A stretch of 64,000 nt of DNA. Source: an uncultured bacterium (GTDB taxonomy: Bacteria; Pseudomonadota; Gammaproteobacteria; Burkholderiales; JACQAP01). The stretch spans positions 2,696 through 66,695 of the forward strand of contig CBDDRM010000176.1 of assembly GCA_965233135.1 (NCBI GenBank), written 5' to 3'. Below the pieces are notes generated by a model, which saw nothing but the letters and a program-made list of their open reading frames with translations, searched no databases and was not told where the DNA came from. Made by a program: the position numbers and the translations under genes. This document shows positions 53,438-63,872 of the stretch, in pieces. Every line of letters starts with the position of its first letter. Within the stretch, counting starts at the first letter, position 1.

Positions 53438-53764
53438 TCAGCGCATCTTCGAGTACGCGGTCGGTGTCAAAATGAGATTGGTGATGTGCGTTGTGAGCGG
53501 GCCGTCCTTCTCTGTCTCGGCACGTATTGCCAGCCAGTCCGGATGCGAGGCAAACGCATTCCACTTCTGTTCGCGTTCGGCGAGATTCTCCCACTCGAGG
53601 ATGTAGTAAAGGTCGTTGTTGCTCTCGCCGATCGCCGTCGTCCAGAATCCCACCTGGCGAATGCCGAATCGCTCCCAGACTTTCAGGGTGTGATTCGAGA
53701 ATCTGGCGTTCAGGGCGGGAAGTTTGCCCGGGAATGCGTGGTATATGCGTAGTTCGTAGATCAT
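53438..53764 (-). CDS. NIPSNAP family protein
   Basis: MIYELRIY, W-x2-LAERE-x2-W, LTPTAYS. Confidence 0.88.
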   Translation of the reverse strand: MIYELRIYHAFPGKLPALNARFSNHTLKVWERFGIRQVGFWTTAIGESNNDLYYILEWENLAEREQKWNAFASHPDWLAIRAETEKDGPLTTHITNLILTPTAYSKMR

Positions 53765-53799
53765 GTGCGTGCCTCTGTTGTTGTTATTCGGAAGAGCAG

Positions 53800-54453
53800 T
53801 CAATAGCGTTTGGTGAGCGTCATGCTGCTGCCTTCCCGGCGCAGATCGAGCTTGCCCAGAAAACTCATGCCCAGCAGCACAACCGGCAGCGCGCTGTTCT
53901 CATGGACCATGCCATCGATGTCCCGCAAGGTAATGTCCCCGAGCGTAACCTGGGCGAGTTTGACGCGATACACCGCCGTGAGCCCGTTGGCGGTTTGCGA
54001 GTAGCCGCGCTCCCCGGCCAGATAATTGACCCCGGCGCGCCGTGCATCCTCCACGTTTATGGCAACCATGGTGGCGCCGGTATCGACCATGAATCGAAAC
54101 GAGGCACCGTTGATGCTGCCGGTTGCGATGAAATGGCCGTTACGATCAGGCATGAGAACAACCGTCGCCCGCTCGCTTTGCGCGGACAGCGCGCTGTAGA
54201 CGCCTTCGCCGATGCGCAAACGCTGCTGCTTGCCGTTGATCGAGATCACTGCCTCGTCGCTGGTTGCATTGACCAGGGTTACGCCCGCATGGCTTTCGCC
54301 AACCCGGAATGTGCGCGGCTTGGCTTTGTCCACGACCAGCATGGCCTTGCCCGGAAACAAGGCTACGACGCTCACGTCCAGTGCCCAGGCTGGCGTGCAT
54401 AACGCGAAAAGGCCGATCAAAACTCGCGTAACATTTGCGCCATTGCGCTTCAT
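53800..54453 (-). CDS. Clan AA (retropepsin-like) aspartic protease, TIGR02281 type
   Basis: GHF, FMVDTGAT, TANG, LLGMSFL. Confidence 0.9.
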   Translation of the reverse strand: MKRNGANVTRVLIGLFALCTPAWALDVSVVALFPGKAMLVVDKAKPRTFRVGESHAGVTLVNATSDEAVISINGKQQRLRIGEGVYSALSAQSERATVVLMPDRNGHFIATGSINGASFRFMVDTGATMVAINVEDARRAGVNYLAGERGYSQTANGLTAVYRVKLAQVTLGDITLRDIDGMVHENSALPVVLLGMSFLGKLDLRREGSSMTLTKRY

Positions 54454-54469
54454 GAGAATCCCTTTGCAG

Positions 54470-55180
54470 ATGAATCCGGTCGCAATCTTTCGGCATTCGC
54501 CCACCGAAGGGCCGGGCTATTTTGCCACGTATCTGGATCGGCGCGGCTTGCCCTGGCGCCTGATCGCGCTCGACGAAGGCGAGCCCGTACCGCTGCACCC
54601 GCGGGCGTTCAGCGGCCTGGTTTTCATGGGTGGCCCCATGAGCGTCAACGATGACCTGCCGTGGATTGCACCGGTACTCGATTTGATCCAGCGTGCAGTG
54701 GCTGACGATGTGCCCGTGCTGGGGCATTGCCTGGGCGGCCAGTTGATTGCCAAGGCGCTCGGGGGGCGCGTCGCGCCAAATCCCGTCAAGGAAATAGGCT
54801 GGGGCGAGGTGCGGGTGGAATACAACGACGAGGCTCGCGCCTGGTTCGGACCGGGTCTGACACGCTTCGAATCGTTCCACTGGCACGGCGAGACATTCTC
54901 GATCCCGGCCGGCGCGGTGCGCATCATGGGCAATCGCCATTGCGAGAATCAGGGATTTGTCGTCGGACGCAGTCTCGGCATGCAATGCCATGTTGAAATG
55001 ACCGAGGACCTCATCGAGAGCTGGTGCGCGTCTGGCGCCGGCGAGATTGCGTCGGCTTCCAGCCCGGCGGTGCAGACTGCGGAACAGATGCGGCGCGGCA
55101 TGGACGACAAACTGGCGGCGCTGCGAGAGGTCGCTACCCGACTTTACGATCACTGGACCGAAGGTCTTGTAAGGAACTGA
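54470..55180 (+). CDS. Type 1 glutamine amidotransferase (GuaA-like, standalone)
   Basis: MGGPMSVND, LGHCLGGQ, WHGE, QCHVE. Confidence 0.88.
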   Translation: MNPVAIFRHSPTEGPGYFATYLDRRGLPWRLIALDEGEPVPLHPRAFSGLVFMGGPMSVNDDLPWIAPVLDLIQRAVADDVPVLGHCLGGQLIAKALGGRVAPNPVKEIGWGEVRVEYNDEARAWFGPGLTRFESFHWHGETFSIPAGAVRIMGNRHCENQGFVVGRSLGMQCHVEMTEDLIESWCASGAGEIASASSPAVQTAEQMRRGMDDKLAALREVATRLYDHWTEGLVRN

Positions 55181-55184
55181 GCCG

Positions 55185-55670
55185 TCAGTCTCTAAAGTTG
55201 TCGAACTGTAAGGGGAAATCCGTAACGTTCTTTTTCACCAGCGCAATCGCCTGCTGCAGATCATCTTTCTTGGCGCCTGAGACGCGTACCGCATCGCCCT
55301 GTATGCTCGCCTGCACCTTGAGCTTGGCGTCCTTGATCAGTTTCTGCAGTTTTTTACCCAATTCCTGATCGACACCGACTTTCACGGTGATCGCCTGCTT
55401 GACCTTGTCGCCGCTGATCGTTTCAGCCTTGCCCCGCTGCAGGCAGCGCACGTCCACTCCGCGTTTGGTCATTTTGCCGATCAGTACGTCGTGCACCTGT
55501 TCCAGCTTGAACGCGTCGTCCGCGAAAATCGTCAGGGTCTTCTCGGCGTGCTCCACGCGCGCGTCCGACCCCTTGAAGTCGAAGCGGTTTTTTACCTCCT
55601 TGTTGGTCTGGTCGAGCGCGTTCTTCAGTTCGACCTGATTGACCTCGGAGACAATGTCGAAACTGGGCAT
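55185..55670 (-). CDS. yajQ: YajQ family nucleotide/c-di-GMP-binding protein
   Basis: [21 protein letters not shown]-x-KKDDLQ, NFRD. Confidence 0.96.
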   Translation of the reverse strand: MPSFDIVSEVNQVELKNALDQTNKEVKNRFDFKGSDARVEHAEKTLTIFADDAFKLEQVHDVLIGKMTKRGVDVRCLQRGKAETISGDKVKQAITVKVGVDQELGKKLQKLIKDAKLKVQASIQGDAVRVSGAKKDDLQQAIALVKKNVTDFPLQFDNFRD

Positions 55671-55721
55671 GGCCGGTCCTTTCTTCCAGTTTGCGGTCGA
55701 TGCAGCCCACGCTGCCCGGCC

Positions 55722-56969
55722 TCACGTTTTCGAGTTCCTGCCGCGTTTCGCGCCTATGCGCAGTCGCAATGCGTTCAATCGGATAAACCCCGCGGCATCG
55801 GCCTGGTTGTAGGCGCCCTTGTCGTCGTCGAAAGTCGCAATGCGCGAGTCGAACAGCGAATCGGACCTGGATGCACGCCCGACGACCAGCACGGTGCCCT
55901 TGTATAACTTCAGCCGGACGATACCGTTCACCGGTTCCTGCGATCTGTCGATGAGCGACTGCAGCAGCAGGCGTTCCGGGCTGAACCAGTAGCCTTTGTA
56001 GATCATTCTCGCGTAGCGCGGCATCAGATCGTCCTTCAGCGCCAGCACTTCCCGATCCAGGGTGATTGATTCGATGGCGCGATGCGCTTTGAGCATGATG
56101 GTCCCGCCAGGGGTCTCGTAGCAGCCGCGCGATTTCATGCCGACGTAACGGTTCTCGACGATGTCCAGACGACCGATACCGTGTTTGCCCCCAAGCTGAT
56201 TGAGTTTCGTGAGGACCTGCGCCGGAGTGAGTTTCTTGCCGTTTACCGCGACGATATCCCCGCGCCGATACTCGATCTCGACATGTTCCGGCCTCGCCGG
56301 CGCTTTTTCCGGTGACACCGTAATGCGCCACATGGAATCCTCCGGCTCGAAATCCGGATCTTCCAGAATGCCGCCCTCATAGGACACGTGCAGCAGGTTG
56401 GCGTCCATGGAGTAAGGGGCGCCGCCTCCCTTGCGCTTCTTGAAGTCCACGGGAATGCGATGTTCGTCGGCATACGCCAGCAACTTGTCGCGCGACAGCA
56501 AATCCCATTCACGCCACGGCGCAATGACTTTGATGTCCGGCATGAGGGCATAGGCACCCAGTTCGAAACGCACCTGATCGTTTCCCTTGCCCGTCGCGCC
56601 GTGGGAAATCGCGTCAGCGCCGCTCTTGCGGGCAATCTCGACCAGGCGCTTCGCAATCAGGGGGCGCGCTATCGACGTGCCCAGAAGATACTCGCCTTCG
56701 TAAACGGCATTCGCCCTGAACATCGGAAAGACGAAATCGCGAACGAACTCTTCACGCAGATCCTCGACAAAGATCTGTCGCACCCCGAGCTTTCGGGCTT
56801 TTCTGCGCGCCGGCTCCACTTCTCCGCCCTGTCCTATGTCAGCGGTGAAGGTCACTACTTCACATTGATAGACGTCTTGCAGCCACTTCAGGATCACCGA
56901 AGTGTCCAGTCCGCCCGAATATGCCAGCACGACTTTCTTGATCGGCTTTTCCGCGTTTTTCTTCTTCAC
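55722..56969 (-). CDS. argG: Argininosuccinate synthase
   Basis: [38 protein letters not shown]. Confidence 0.97.
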   Translation of the reverse strand: MKKKNAEKPIKKVVLAYSGGLDTSVILKWLQDVYQCEVVTFTADIGQGGEVEPARRKARKLGVRQIFVEDLREEFVRDFVFPMFRANAVYEGEYLLGTSIARPLIAKRLVEIARKSGADAISHGATGKGNDQVRFELGAYALMPDIKVIAPWREWDLLSRDKLLAYADEHRIPVDFKKRKGGGAPYSMDANLLHVSYEGGILEDPDFEPEDSMWRITVSPEKAPARPEHVEIEYRRGDIVAVNGKKLTPAQVLTKLNQLGGKHGIGRLDIVENRYVGMKSRGCYETPGGTIMLKAHRAIESITLDREVLALKDDLMPRYARMIYKGYWFSPERLLLQSLIDRSQEPVNGIVRLKLYKGTVLVVGRASRSDSLFDSRIATFDDDKGAYNQADAAGFIRLNALRLRIGAKRGRNSKT

Positions 56970-56992
56970 GTCGTCCCTTGCAATGGTTTGTA

Positions 56993-57505
56993 TTAAGTTC
57001 GGTTCGGGTTGTCCTCGGCGTCCATGTCGCCTTCATAAACTCCGTCCACCCATTCTCCTACAAATGTTCTTCCGTCCGGGGTGCGGTACTGCCCGTGGCC
57101 GTGGGGCTGGCCTTCCTTCCACTGGCCCTCATACCAGCTGCCGTCGGCCGCATCGTAGCGGCCGTCTCCATCCTGGAGGCTGTGCTTCCAGTCACCGCTG
57201 TAGCGACCGCCTTCAGCGCGGGTTAACGTGCCCTTGCCCTCCGCCCACCCCTCCTTGAGCATGCCTTCGTACCGGTCCGCCTCCTTGCCATTGATGAACC
57301 ACTGCAGCAGACCTTCACCGTCGGCCTTGCCGTTTTTGCACTCTCCGCTCCAGGTAATCGTCTCGCCCGGCTGCGGAAAAGGGTTGGCGACCTTGCAGCC
57401 GCTTTTGTCCGCAATCCACGAAACATCGTCTTCGGCGGCAAGGCCGGCGAGCGGTATCAGCAAGGACAAGGCCAATGCAATGCGCGCAATGCTCATTCGG
57501 TTCAT
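56993..57505 (-). CDS. Secreted MORN-repeat protein
   Basis: Signal peptide; repeats YEG-x-W/xKxG-x3-GxG; AAGGAG RBS. Confidence 0.85.
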   Translation of the reverse strand: MNRMSIARIALALSLLIPLAGLAAEDDVSWIADKSGCKVANPFPQPGETITWSGECKNGKADGEGLLQWFINGKEADRYEGMLKEGWAEGKGTLTRAEGGRYSGDWKHSLQDGDGRYDAADGSWYEGQWKEGQPHGHGQYRTPDGRTFVGEWVDGVYEGDMDAEDNPNRT

Positions 57506-57665
57506 GTTCGCTCCTTCGAAATAAGTCATGTGTTCGGATGCGGCTCTCCATCGTGTCTCCCGCCGCGTACTTCCCCTGGATAACAGGTCTTCGACAGTCA
57601 AATCGAAGCAGGCGTTCTTCGGGTCATCCGAGGTTGTGCCCCGGATGCCGACCGCCGCCGCGCTA

Positions 57666-58592
57666 TCACACCGATTCGATTCTTCCGAGAACGAGATACT
57701 CCATCAGCGCCTTCTGGACATGCAACCTGTTCTCGGCCTCGTCCCAGACCACGCTTTGCGCCCCGTCTATGACGGCGGCCTGGACTTCTTCGCCGCGATG
57801 AGCGGGCAGGCAATGCATGAACAGCGCATCGCGGGCGGCCAGCGTCATCATTTCCGTGTCCACCTGCCAGTCTTCGAAATCTCGTTTGCGTTCTTCGTTC
57901 TCCGCTTCGAATCCCATGCTGGTCCATACGTCCGTTGTAACCAGATGCGCGCCGCGCGCGGCTTGCATGGGGTCGGCGAATTCTTCGTAGTGATCGGTTC
58001 CGTAAAGACCGGCGCGCTCGGGTTCGACCTCGTATCCCGGAGGCGTGGAAACATGCACGTTGAAATCGAGCACTTCGGCTGCCTGCAGCCAGGTATTGCA
58101 CACATTATTGGAGTCGCCGATCCATGCAACTGTCTTGCCCTGGATTGGACCGCGGTGCTCGATGAACGTGTAGATGTCCGCGAGGATCTGGCACGGATGA
58201 TACTCATTCGTCAGGCCGTTCACGACGGGAACGCGCGAATGCGCGGCGAACCGTTCAATGATGTCCTGCTCGAAGGTGCGGATCATGACGATGTCGCACA
58301 TGCGCGAGATGACCTCGGCGGCGTCCTCGACGGGTTCCCCGCGACCGAGCTGTGAATCTCGCGTACTCAGGAATATGGCGGATCCTCCGAGCTGGTGCAT
58401 GCCTGCTTCGAACGACAGGCGCGTACGCGTGCTCTGTTTCTCGAAAATCATGACCAAGGTGCGGTCGAACAGCGGGTGATAGGTCTTGTAGGCCTTGAAT
58501 TGTTGCTTGATGGAGCGGGTGCGCGCGAACAAATGCTCAAAATCGCTGCGCGACATGTCCTTGAACTGCAAAAAGTGCTTCGGCGAGTCCAT
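57666..58592 (-). CDS. argF: Ornithine carbamoyltransferase
   Basis: STRTR, HPCQ, SMG, HCLP, AENR. Confidence 0.97.
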   Translation of the reverse strand: MDSPKHFLQFKDMSRSDFEHLFARTRSIKQQFKAYKTYHPLFDRTLVMIFEKQSTRTRLSFEAGMHQLGGSAIFLSTRDSQLGRGEPVEDAAEVISRMCDIVMIRTFEQDIIERFAAHSRVPVVNGLTNEYHPCQILADIYTFIEHRGPIQGKTVAWIGDSNNVCNTWLQAAEVLDFNVHVSTPPGYEVEPERAGLYGTDHYEEFADPMQAARGAHLVTTDVWTSMGFEAENEERKRDFEDWQVDTEMMTLAARDALFMHCLPAHRGEEVQAAVIDGAQSVVWDEAENRLHVQKALMEYLVLGRIESV

Positions 58593-58599
58593 CGGCGGT

Positions 58600-59802
58600 T
58601 CAATGATTGACTGCGGACGCGTCGGCAGAGGCCTGCAGGTGTCGCCCGATCAGACGGGATACACCCTCGATCACCAGCGGCACCTCGGCATCCTTCAGAT
58701 TCAGCGGCGGGAGCAGCCTTACGACGTTTTCGGCGGTGACGTTGATCAACAATCCGGCGGCGATGCCCTCGGCGACCAGCGAACCGCAAGGACGGTCGAG
58801 CTCGATACCGATCATCAAGCCCTTGCCGCGCACTTGCTTTACGCCGGCTACGTCCACCAGGGCTTGCGCAATGCCATTACGAATCTGCAAGCCGATCCTG
58901 CCGGCGCGTTCGACCAGTCCTTCGTCCTCTATGATGGCAAGCGTTGTGCTGGCAGCGATACAAGCGAGCGGGTTACCCCCAAAAGTGGATCCATGCTTGC
59001 CCGGTGTGAACACCTTCGCCGCAGTGCCGCGCGCAAGGCATGCGCCGATGGGGAATCCATTGCCGAGCCCTTTTGCCAGCGACATGATGTCCGGCTGGAT
59101 CCCCAGATGCTGATGGGCGAACCATCTACCGGTACGTGCCATACCGGACTGGACCTCGTCCAGCATGAGCAGCCAGCCTTTGTCATCGCAGATGCGGCGC
59201 AGCGTCGGGATATAGCCGTCGTCCGGAATCTGAATTCCACTTTCTCCCTGCACCGGCTCGACGAGGACTGCGACGATATTCGGGTTGATCGCAGCGACTT
59301 GCTCCAGCGCTGCAACGTCGTTATAGGGGACACGCACGAAACCCGTTAAGAGAGGTTCGAAACCGGCTTGCACTTTACGGCTCCCGGTCGCCGACAACGT
59401 GGCGATGGTACGTCCGTGGAAGGCATTCTCCATGACGATGATAGCGGGCGTGCCGACGCCTCTCTGATGACCATACTGGCGAGCGAGCTTGATGGATGCT
59501 TCGTTGGCCTCGCATCCGGAATTGCAAAAGAAGGCGTTGTCCATGTCCGCCAGTGCGCAAAGACGGGCGGCAAGGTGTTCCTGCTCCGGGATCTGATACA
59601 GATTCGAGACATGCATGGCCCGTGACGCCTGCGCGCAGATCGCCGCGACCAACCTCGGATGCGCGTGTCCCAGACCGTTGACGGCGACGCCACTGACGCA
59701 GTCCAGATAGCGCTTTCCCTCCAGATCCCATAGCCAGGACCCTTCGCCGTGTGTGAACGCAATGGGCTGCCGGCCATACGTTGTCATTACGTGTTGCATC
59801 AT
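58600..59802 (-). CDS. argD: Acetylornithine aminotransferase
   Basis: NSGCEANE, FHGRT, EPVQGE, DEVQSG, AKGLG, GSTFGGNP. Confidence 0.95.
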   Translation of the reverse strand: MMQHVMTTYGRQPIAFTHGEGSWLWDLEGKRYLDCVSGVAVNGLGHAHPRLVAAICAQASRAMHVSNLYQIPEQEHLAARLCALADMDNAFFCNSGCEANEASIKLARQYGHQRGVGTPAIIVMENAFHGRTIATLSATGSRKVQAGFEPLLTGFVRVPYNDVAALEQVAAINPNIVAVLVEPVQGESGIQIPDDGYIPTLRRICDDKGWLLMLDEVQSGMARTGRWFAHQHLGIQPDIMSLAKGLGNGFPIGACLARGTAAKVFTPGKHGSTFGGNPLACIAASTTLAIIEDEGLVERAGRIGLQIRNGIAQALVDVAGVKQVRGKGLMIGIELDRPCGSLVAEGIAAGLLINVTAENVVRLLPPLNLKDAEVPLVIEGVSRLIGRHLQASADASAVNH

Positions 59803-59830
59803 GCTGCGCACCTAACCGGTTCTGCCGCCC

Positions 59831-59867
59831 AAAAAAGCACACGGCGGCAAAAAGCCGCCGTGCGTGC
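59831..59867 (-). terminator. Intrinsic terminator about 30 nt upstream of argD
   Basis: Minus strand gcacggcggc-ttttt-gccgccgtgt-gc followed by tttttt. Confidence 0.75.
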
Positions 59868-60130
59868 CTTTGAATACGTTGGGATTTTCAAGCCTATATT
59901 TATCCCAATCGGGCTGCGGAAGCAAGCTCTTTACCATCTTCAGAGGCTTGCTCTGTTCGTGCTCGGGCCTACTTGACCATAGTTTCGCCTTGGCCCGAAA
60001 AGCGTCCCTGCGATTGTCAGTCGTTGTGAAATCCGGAACGACTACCATTACTTTTTCCTTCGTCCCCGTGAAGAAATAATGGTTGTGCATTAGTTATTTA
60101 CGCGAGTCGGAAGTCTGCAAAAATCGACTC
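59831..60130 (-). ncRNA. Candidate structured sRNA or cis-regulatory leader upstream of argD
   Basis: Five or more consecutive hairpins with A-rich loops ending in an intrinsic terminator; lower GC than flanking genes. Confidence 0.5.
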
Positions 60131-60223
60131 GGAGTTACGCGCGAGAGACGCAGTTTTTACGCATAGAGAAATTATGGTGCGATGCAAGATATGCTACGAT
60201 ACGCACTCAACAAGGAATTGCAG

Positions 60224-60547
60224 ATGTCGGGACCGCCCATTCAGGAACTCATCATTGTCGGTGCAACAACGAATGGGGAGATTTTTCGTCCCAGCGATTG
60301 GGCCGAACGCCTCTGCGGCTGCATGGCTCTATTTGGCGAAGATCAGCGCATCAGCTATTCGCCCTACTTGAAACCGGTCTTTTCCTTGGGCATCAAGTGC
60401 GTCGTAGTGGACCGGCGGCTGGAACATATGAATCCCGAGGCCTTCAATTTCCTGATGGCATTCTGCCGCGACAATGAATTGCAGATCCGGGAGGGCCGGC
60501 ACGAAGTTCGCCAATCGATGGCGTTCCGCAAGGACAAAGTCGCCTGA
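60224..60547 (+). CDS. DUF3579 family protein
   Basis: G-x-T-x2-G-x2-FRPSDWAERLCG, FCRDNEL; typical neighbour of rpsT. Confidence 0.85.
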   Translation: MSGPPIQELIIVGATTNGEIFRPSDWAERLCGCMALFGEDQRISYSPYLKPVFSLGIKCVVVDRRLEHMNPEAFNFLMAFCRDNELQIREGRHEVRQSMAFRKDKVA

Positions 60548-60574
60548 TTTCCGGCAAGCATCACCAAAACAAAT

Positions 60575-60601
60575 AAAAGGCCCGCGTTCGCGGGCCTTTT
60601 T
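60575..60601. terminator. Bidirectional intrinsic terminator between DUF3579 and rpsT
   Basis: aaaaggcccgcg-tt-cgcgggcctttt. Confidence 0.85.
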
Positions 60602-60622
60602 GTTTCATCGAACTGGGTAAGG

Positions 60623-60886
60623 TCAGGCCATCGCCTTGATAGCGGCAGAGAGCCGGCTTTTCTGTCGCGATACGGTGTTCTTGTGCACGATTCGTTTGTC
60701 GGCAATCGAGTCGATCCGGCTTTGCGATGCTTGCAATTGCGCCTGGGCGGCTTTCTTGTCTCCGGCTGCAATCGCTTTCTTGACGTTCTTGATGGCGGAG
60801 CGCAACTCAGTGCGCTGCCCGGCATTATGGGCGCGGCGTTTTTCGGCCTGACGGGCGCGTTTCTTGGCGGAGGCTATATTGGCCAT
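60623..60886 (-). CDS. rpsT: 30S ribosomal protein S20
   Basis: [20 protein letters not shown]. Confidence 0.97.
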   Translation of the reverse strand: MANIASAKKRARQAEKRRAHNAGQRTELRSAIKNVKKAIAAGDKKAAQAQLQASQSRIDSIADKRIVHKNTVSRQKSRLSAAIKAMA

Positions 60887-61069
60887 GGAGTTTCCTTGAA
60901 CCGGGACTGCTGAAAAGGGCGCTATGGTACTGGCCCGGAAGGGCGAATGCAACCGCAAATGCCGGGATCCGCAAATACCGTTCAACTCGCGGAATCAGGG
61001 ACAAAGCGCCAAGTCCCGTCAGACCCCTCGGTTACAATCCACCGGTTGCGGCCTTTAACCTACACGATA

Positions 61070-62605
61070 ATGAATTTGCTCAAGGCGTTGGCTACGATCA
61101 GCAGCATGACCCTGATCTCGCGGGTTCTGGGGTTCGTGCGCGACGCGGTCATCGCGCGGTCGTTCGGAGCCGGGCTGTACACCGATGCGTTCTTCGTAGC
61201 ATTCAGGCTTCCCAATCTGCTGCGAAGGTTGTTTGCGGAGGGCGCCTTCTCCCAGGCATTCGTGCCGATACTTGGAGAATACCGCACCGGAAGAACGCCC
61301 GATGAGACGCATAGCCTTATTGATCATGTGGCGACATTGCTGGGGCTGGCGCTGATTATCGTTTCCGCCCTCGGCGTTATCGCGGCACCTTTGATCATAT
61401 ACCTCACGGCTCCGGGCTTTGTCGCAGATGCCGGCAAATTCGCCGTGACGGTCGACCTGCTGCGCATTACTTTCCCGTATATATTTTTCATCTCCCTGAC
61501 GTCCCTCGCCGGCGGGATTCTGAATACGTGGAGCCGTTTCTCGGTTCCTGCATTCACGCCGACGCTTCTGAATATCTCATTCATCGTATTCGCGCTGTGG
61601 CTCGCGCCGTATTTTGATCCACCGGTGCTGGCCTTGGCCTGGGCCGTGTTTGCGGGCGGGGTATTGCAACTGGCTTTTCAGCTCCCGTTTCTGGCGCGCA
61701 TCGGCATGCTGCCGCGGATGCGCTGGCAGCTGCGGGATCCGGGCGTCTGGCGAATTCTCAAACTGATGGGGCCCGCGGTTTTCGGCGTTTCCATCGGCCA
61801 GATCAGCCTGCTCATCAATACCATTTTCGCCTCCTTTCTCGTGACCGGCAGCGTCTCCTGGCTCTACTACGCCGATCGACTGATGGAATTTCCGACCGGC
61901 TTGCTGGGCGTGGCGCTGGGAACGATCCTGTTGCCGAGCCTCACGCGAAGTTTTGCCGAAAAAACCAGCGAGGAATATTCGAGACTGCTGGACTGGGGGT
62001 TGCGTCTGACGGTCATGCTGGCGTTGCCATGCGCCCTGGCTCTCGCACTGCTTGCGGTGCCGTTGATCACGACGTTGTTTCATCACGGCGCATTCGGTGT
62101 GGAAGATGTGATGATGACGCGCAACGCCCTTACCGCCTACAGTATCGGCTTGCTGGGATTGATCCTCGTCAAGGTGCTCGCCCCGGGGTTCTATGCCAGG
62201 CAAAATATCCGCACGCCCGTGAAAATCGCAGTGATCACGCTTATTGCGACACAACTGATGAATCTGGCGTTTATCTGGCCATTGCGCCATGCGGGGCTGG
62301 CGTTGGCGATTTCACTCGGAGCCTGCCTGAATGCGGGGCTGCTTTATTATCAGTTGCGCCGCCACGATATTTTTCGACCTTTGTCTGGCTGGGGAATCTT
62401 CTTCGCAAAAGTCGCCGCTGCATTGCTGGCGATGGGCGCAGCGTTGTGGTGGGCGATGGGCCCTGAGACGCAGTGGCTGAGCAGTGGCGTGTGGTGGCGT
62501 GTCACGCGGCTGTCGCTGCTCGTCGTGCTGGGCGCTGCTACTTACTTCGTCAGTCTGTGGCTGCTGGGTTTCCGACCGCGCGATTTCGCCAAGCGGTCGG
62601 CCTGA
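61070..62605 (+). CDS. murJ: Lipid II flippase MurJ (MviN)
   Basis: [42 protein letters not shown]. Confidence 0.97.
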   Translation: MNLLKALATISSMTLISRVLGFVRDAVIARSFGAGLYTDAFFVAFRLPNLLRRLFAEGAFSQAFVPILGEYRTGRTPDETHSLIDHVATLLGLALIIVSALGVIAAPLIIYLTAPGFVADAGKFAVTVDLLRITFPYIFFISLTSLAGGILNTWSRFSVPAFTPTLLNISFIVFALWLAPYFDPPVLALAWAVFAGGVLQLAFQLPFLARIGMLPRMRWQLRDPGVWRILKLMGPAVFGVSIGQISLLINTIFASFLVTGSVSWLYYADRLMEFPTGLLGVALGTILLPSLTRSFAEKTSEEYSRLLDWGLRLTVMLALPCALALALLAVPLITTLFHHGAFGVEDVMMTRNALTAYSIGLLGLILVKVLAPGFYARQNIRTPVKIAVITLIATQLMNLAFIWPLRHAGLALAISLGACLNAGLLYYQLRRHDIFRPLSGWGIFFAKVAAALLAMGAALWWAMGPETQWLSSGVWWRVTRLSLLVVLGAATYFVSLWLLGFRPRDFAKRSA

Positions 62606-62656
62606 ATTACCGGTACTCGAGCGGCGCGGTCAGCTGCAAGGATAGTTTTCCAGGCC

Positions 62657-62685
62657 AAAAAAAAGCCCCCGTTTTTGACGGGGGC
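62657..62685 (-). terminator. Intrinsic terminator of the 62714-63814 gene
   Basis: gcccccgt/acgggggc stem with an 8-nt U-tract on the minus strand. Confidence 0.75.
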
Positions 62686-62713
62686 GAAGCACAATACAGC
62701 TGGTTCGGAGGGA

Positions 62714-63814
62714 TTAGTTGCGGCGCTTTTCCTTGCCATGCTTGCGGTCGTCGCGTTTGCCGTGACGCTTGAAGCCGCGCTTCTCTGTCGGCACTGAATA
62801 GACTTTCAGCGCTGCAGCGCCTTCGATCTGTTCGCCCGACATGGTCTTGCCTTTGAGCAGGCCATTCAAATCGCCGGGCTGGAAATTGGCGACATCACCC
62901 TTGAAATAGCACACCGTGTCCATGCGGCCGTCCCGATTGATGTCACGGGGGTGCTTGCGGCAACGGAACAGGCTTTTCTCGTAGCCGGTTCTACCGAACG
63001 TCAGCGTGTTCGGATTGACCGTCGTCGCGTCGAAACCGTCCATGGTCAGGATGGCCACAGTGATCGGGTCGATGCCACGGCGCTTTTCTATATCGCGCTC
63101 GTCCTGGTGCCAGCGCCTGACTTCGATGGGCACTTGCCTTGCCGCTGACGGCGGCGGCAACTGTACCGGCGGCACAGGAGGCGGCGTCTCGGCTGGCGGG
63201 GATTCGACCGGCGGCGTTTGTGCCGGGGGCGTTTCCACCGGGGGCGGCGTTTGCGCTGGCGGATTAGGATTGCGCACGCCGCTGATCTGCAGCACGTAGG
63301 TTCCACCAGGCGTCGCGAACTCCATGTTCTGCAGAACGCCATCCTGGTCAGCCCAGTGGGGATAGGCGCTGACTACGACCGTGTAGGTACCGGTTGTCGG
63401 CAAGGTTGAGCCTGTGATGCGCGGTTCCGTGCCTGTCTCGCATTCGGCGTCGGACATCGCGCGCACGTTACCCATCGAGTCATACAGGGCAAGAAGGCTG
63501 GGAAAACCAGCACAGCTTCCGGCCCCGTCCGGTTGCAACGATCCCACGATCTGGATCAGCGGCGTGTCACCTGCAGTGCCTTCGAAAGTGAAATAGTCCG
63601 CGTCTGTGGAGGGATCGCCCGCGCTATTGCCGATTGAGCCGGTAATGCTGAGTCCTTCGGCGGGAACGGGTGTCTGCTGCGCGCTGGAAAGCGAGTCATT
63701 TGGCTCCATCTCAGTCATTGCGGCTGCAACGGTAATGCCACTGACACCAAGCACACAGACAAACAGACCACGCGTAAACAGCGATAGTAAGGACCGCTGC
63801 ATTTCGGTATTCAT
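62714..63814 (-). CDS. Secreted protein with a PPC/DVUA0089-like beta domain, a Pro-rich linker and an uncharacterised C-terminal domain
   Basis: Signal peptide, EMEPNDS-x3-AQ, DADYF, GTYTVVVS; PPAQTPPPVET repeats; DINRDGRMD Ca-loop; basic tail. Confidence 0.78.
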   Translation of the reverse strand: MNTEMQRSLLSLFTRGLFVCVLGVSGITVAAAMTEMEPNDSLSSAQQTPVPAEGLSITGSIGNSAGDPSTDADYFTFEGTAGDTPLIQIVGSLQPDGAGSCAGFPSLLALYDSMGNVRAMSDAECETGTEPRITGSTLPTTGTYTVVVSAYPHWADQDGVLQNMEFATPGGTYVLQISGVRNPNPPAQTPPPVETPPAQTPPVESPPAETPPPVPPVQLPPPSAARQVPIEVRRWHQDERDIEKRRGIDPITVAILTMDGFDATTVNPNTLTFGRTGYEKSLFRCRKHPRDINRDGRMDTVCYFKGDVANFQPGDLNGLLKGKTMSGEQIEGAAALKVYSVPTEKRGFKRHGKRDDRKHGKEKRRN

Positions 63815-63872
63815 GATCACTTTCTCCTGTTATCAAACATTGATTCGTTACTGGTGTAACGTCATTGGAATA

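Noticed and set aside
53800-54453. Retropepsin-like protease as a sign of a retroelement
   Set aside because: It is a standard bacterial TIGR02281-type protease, and there is no reverse transcriptase in the window.
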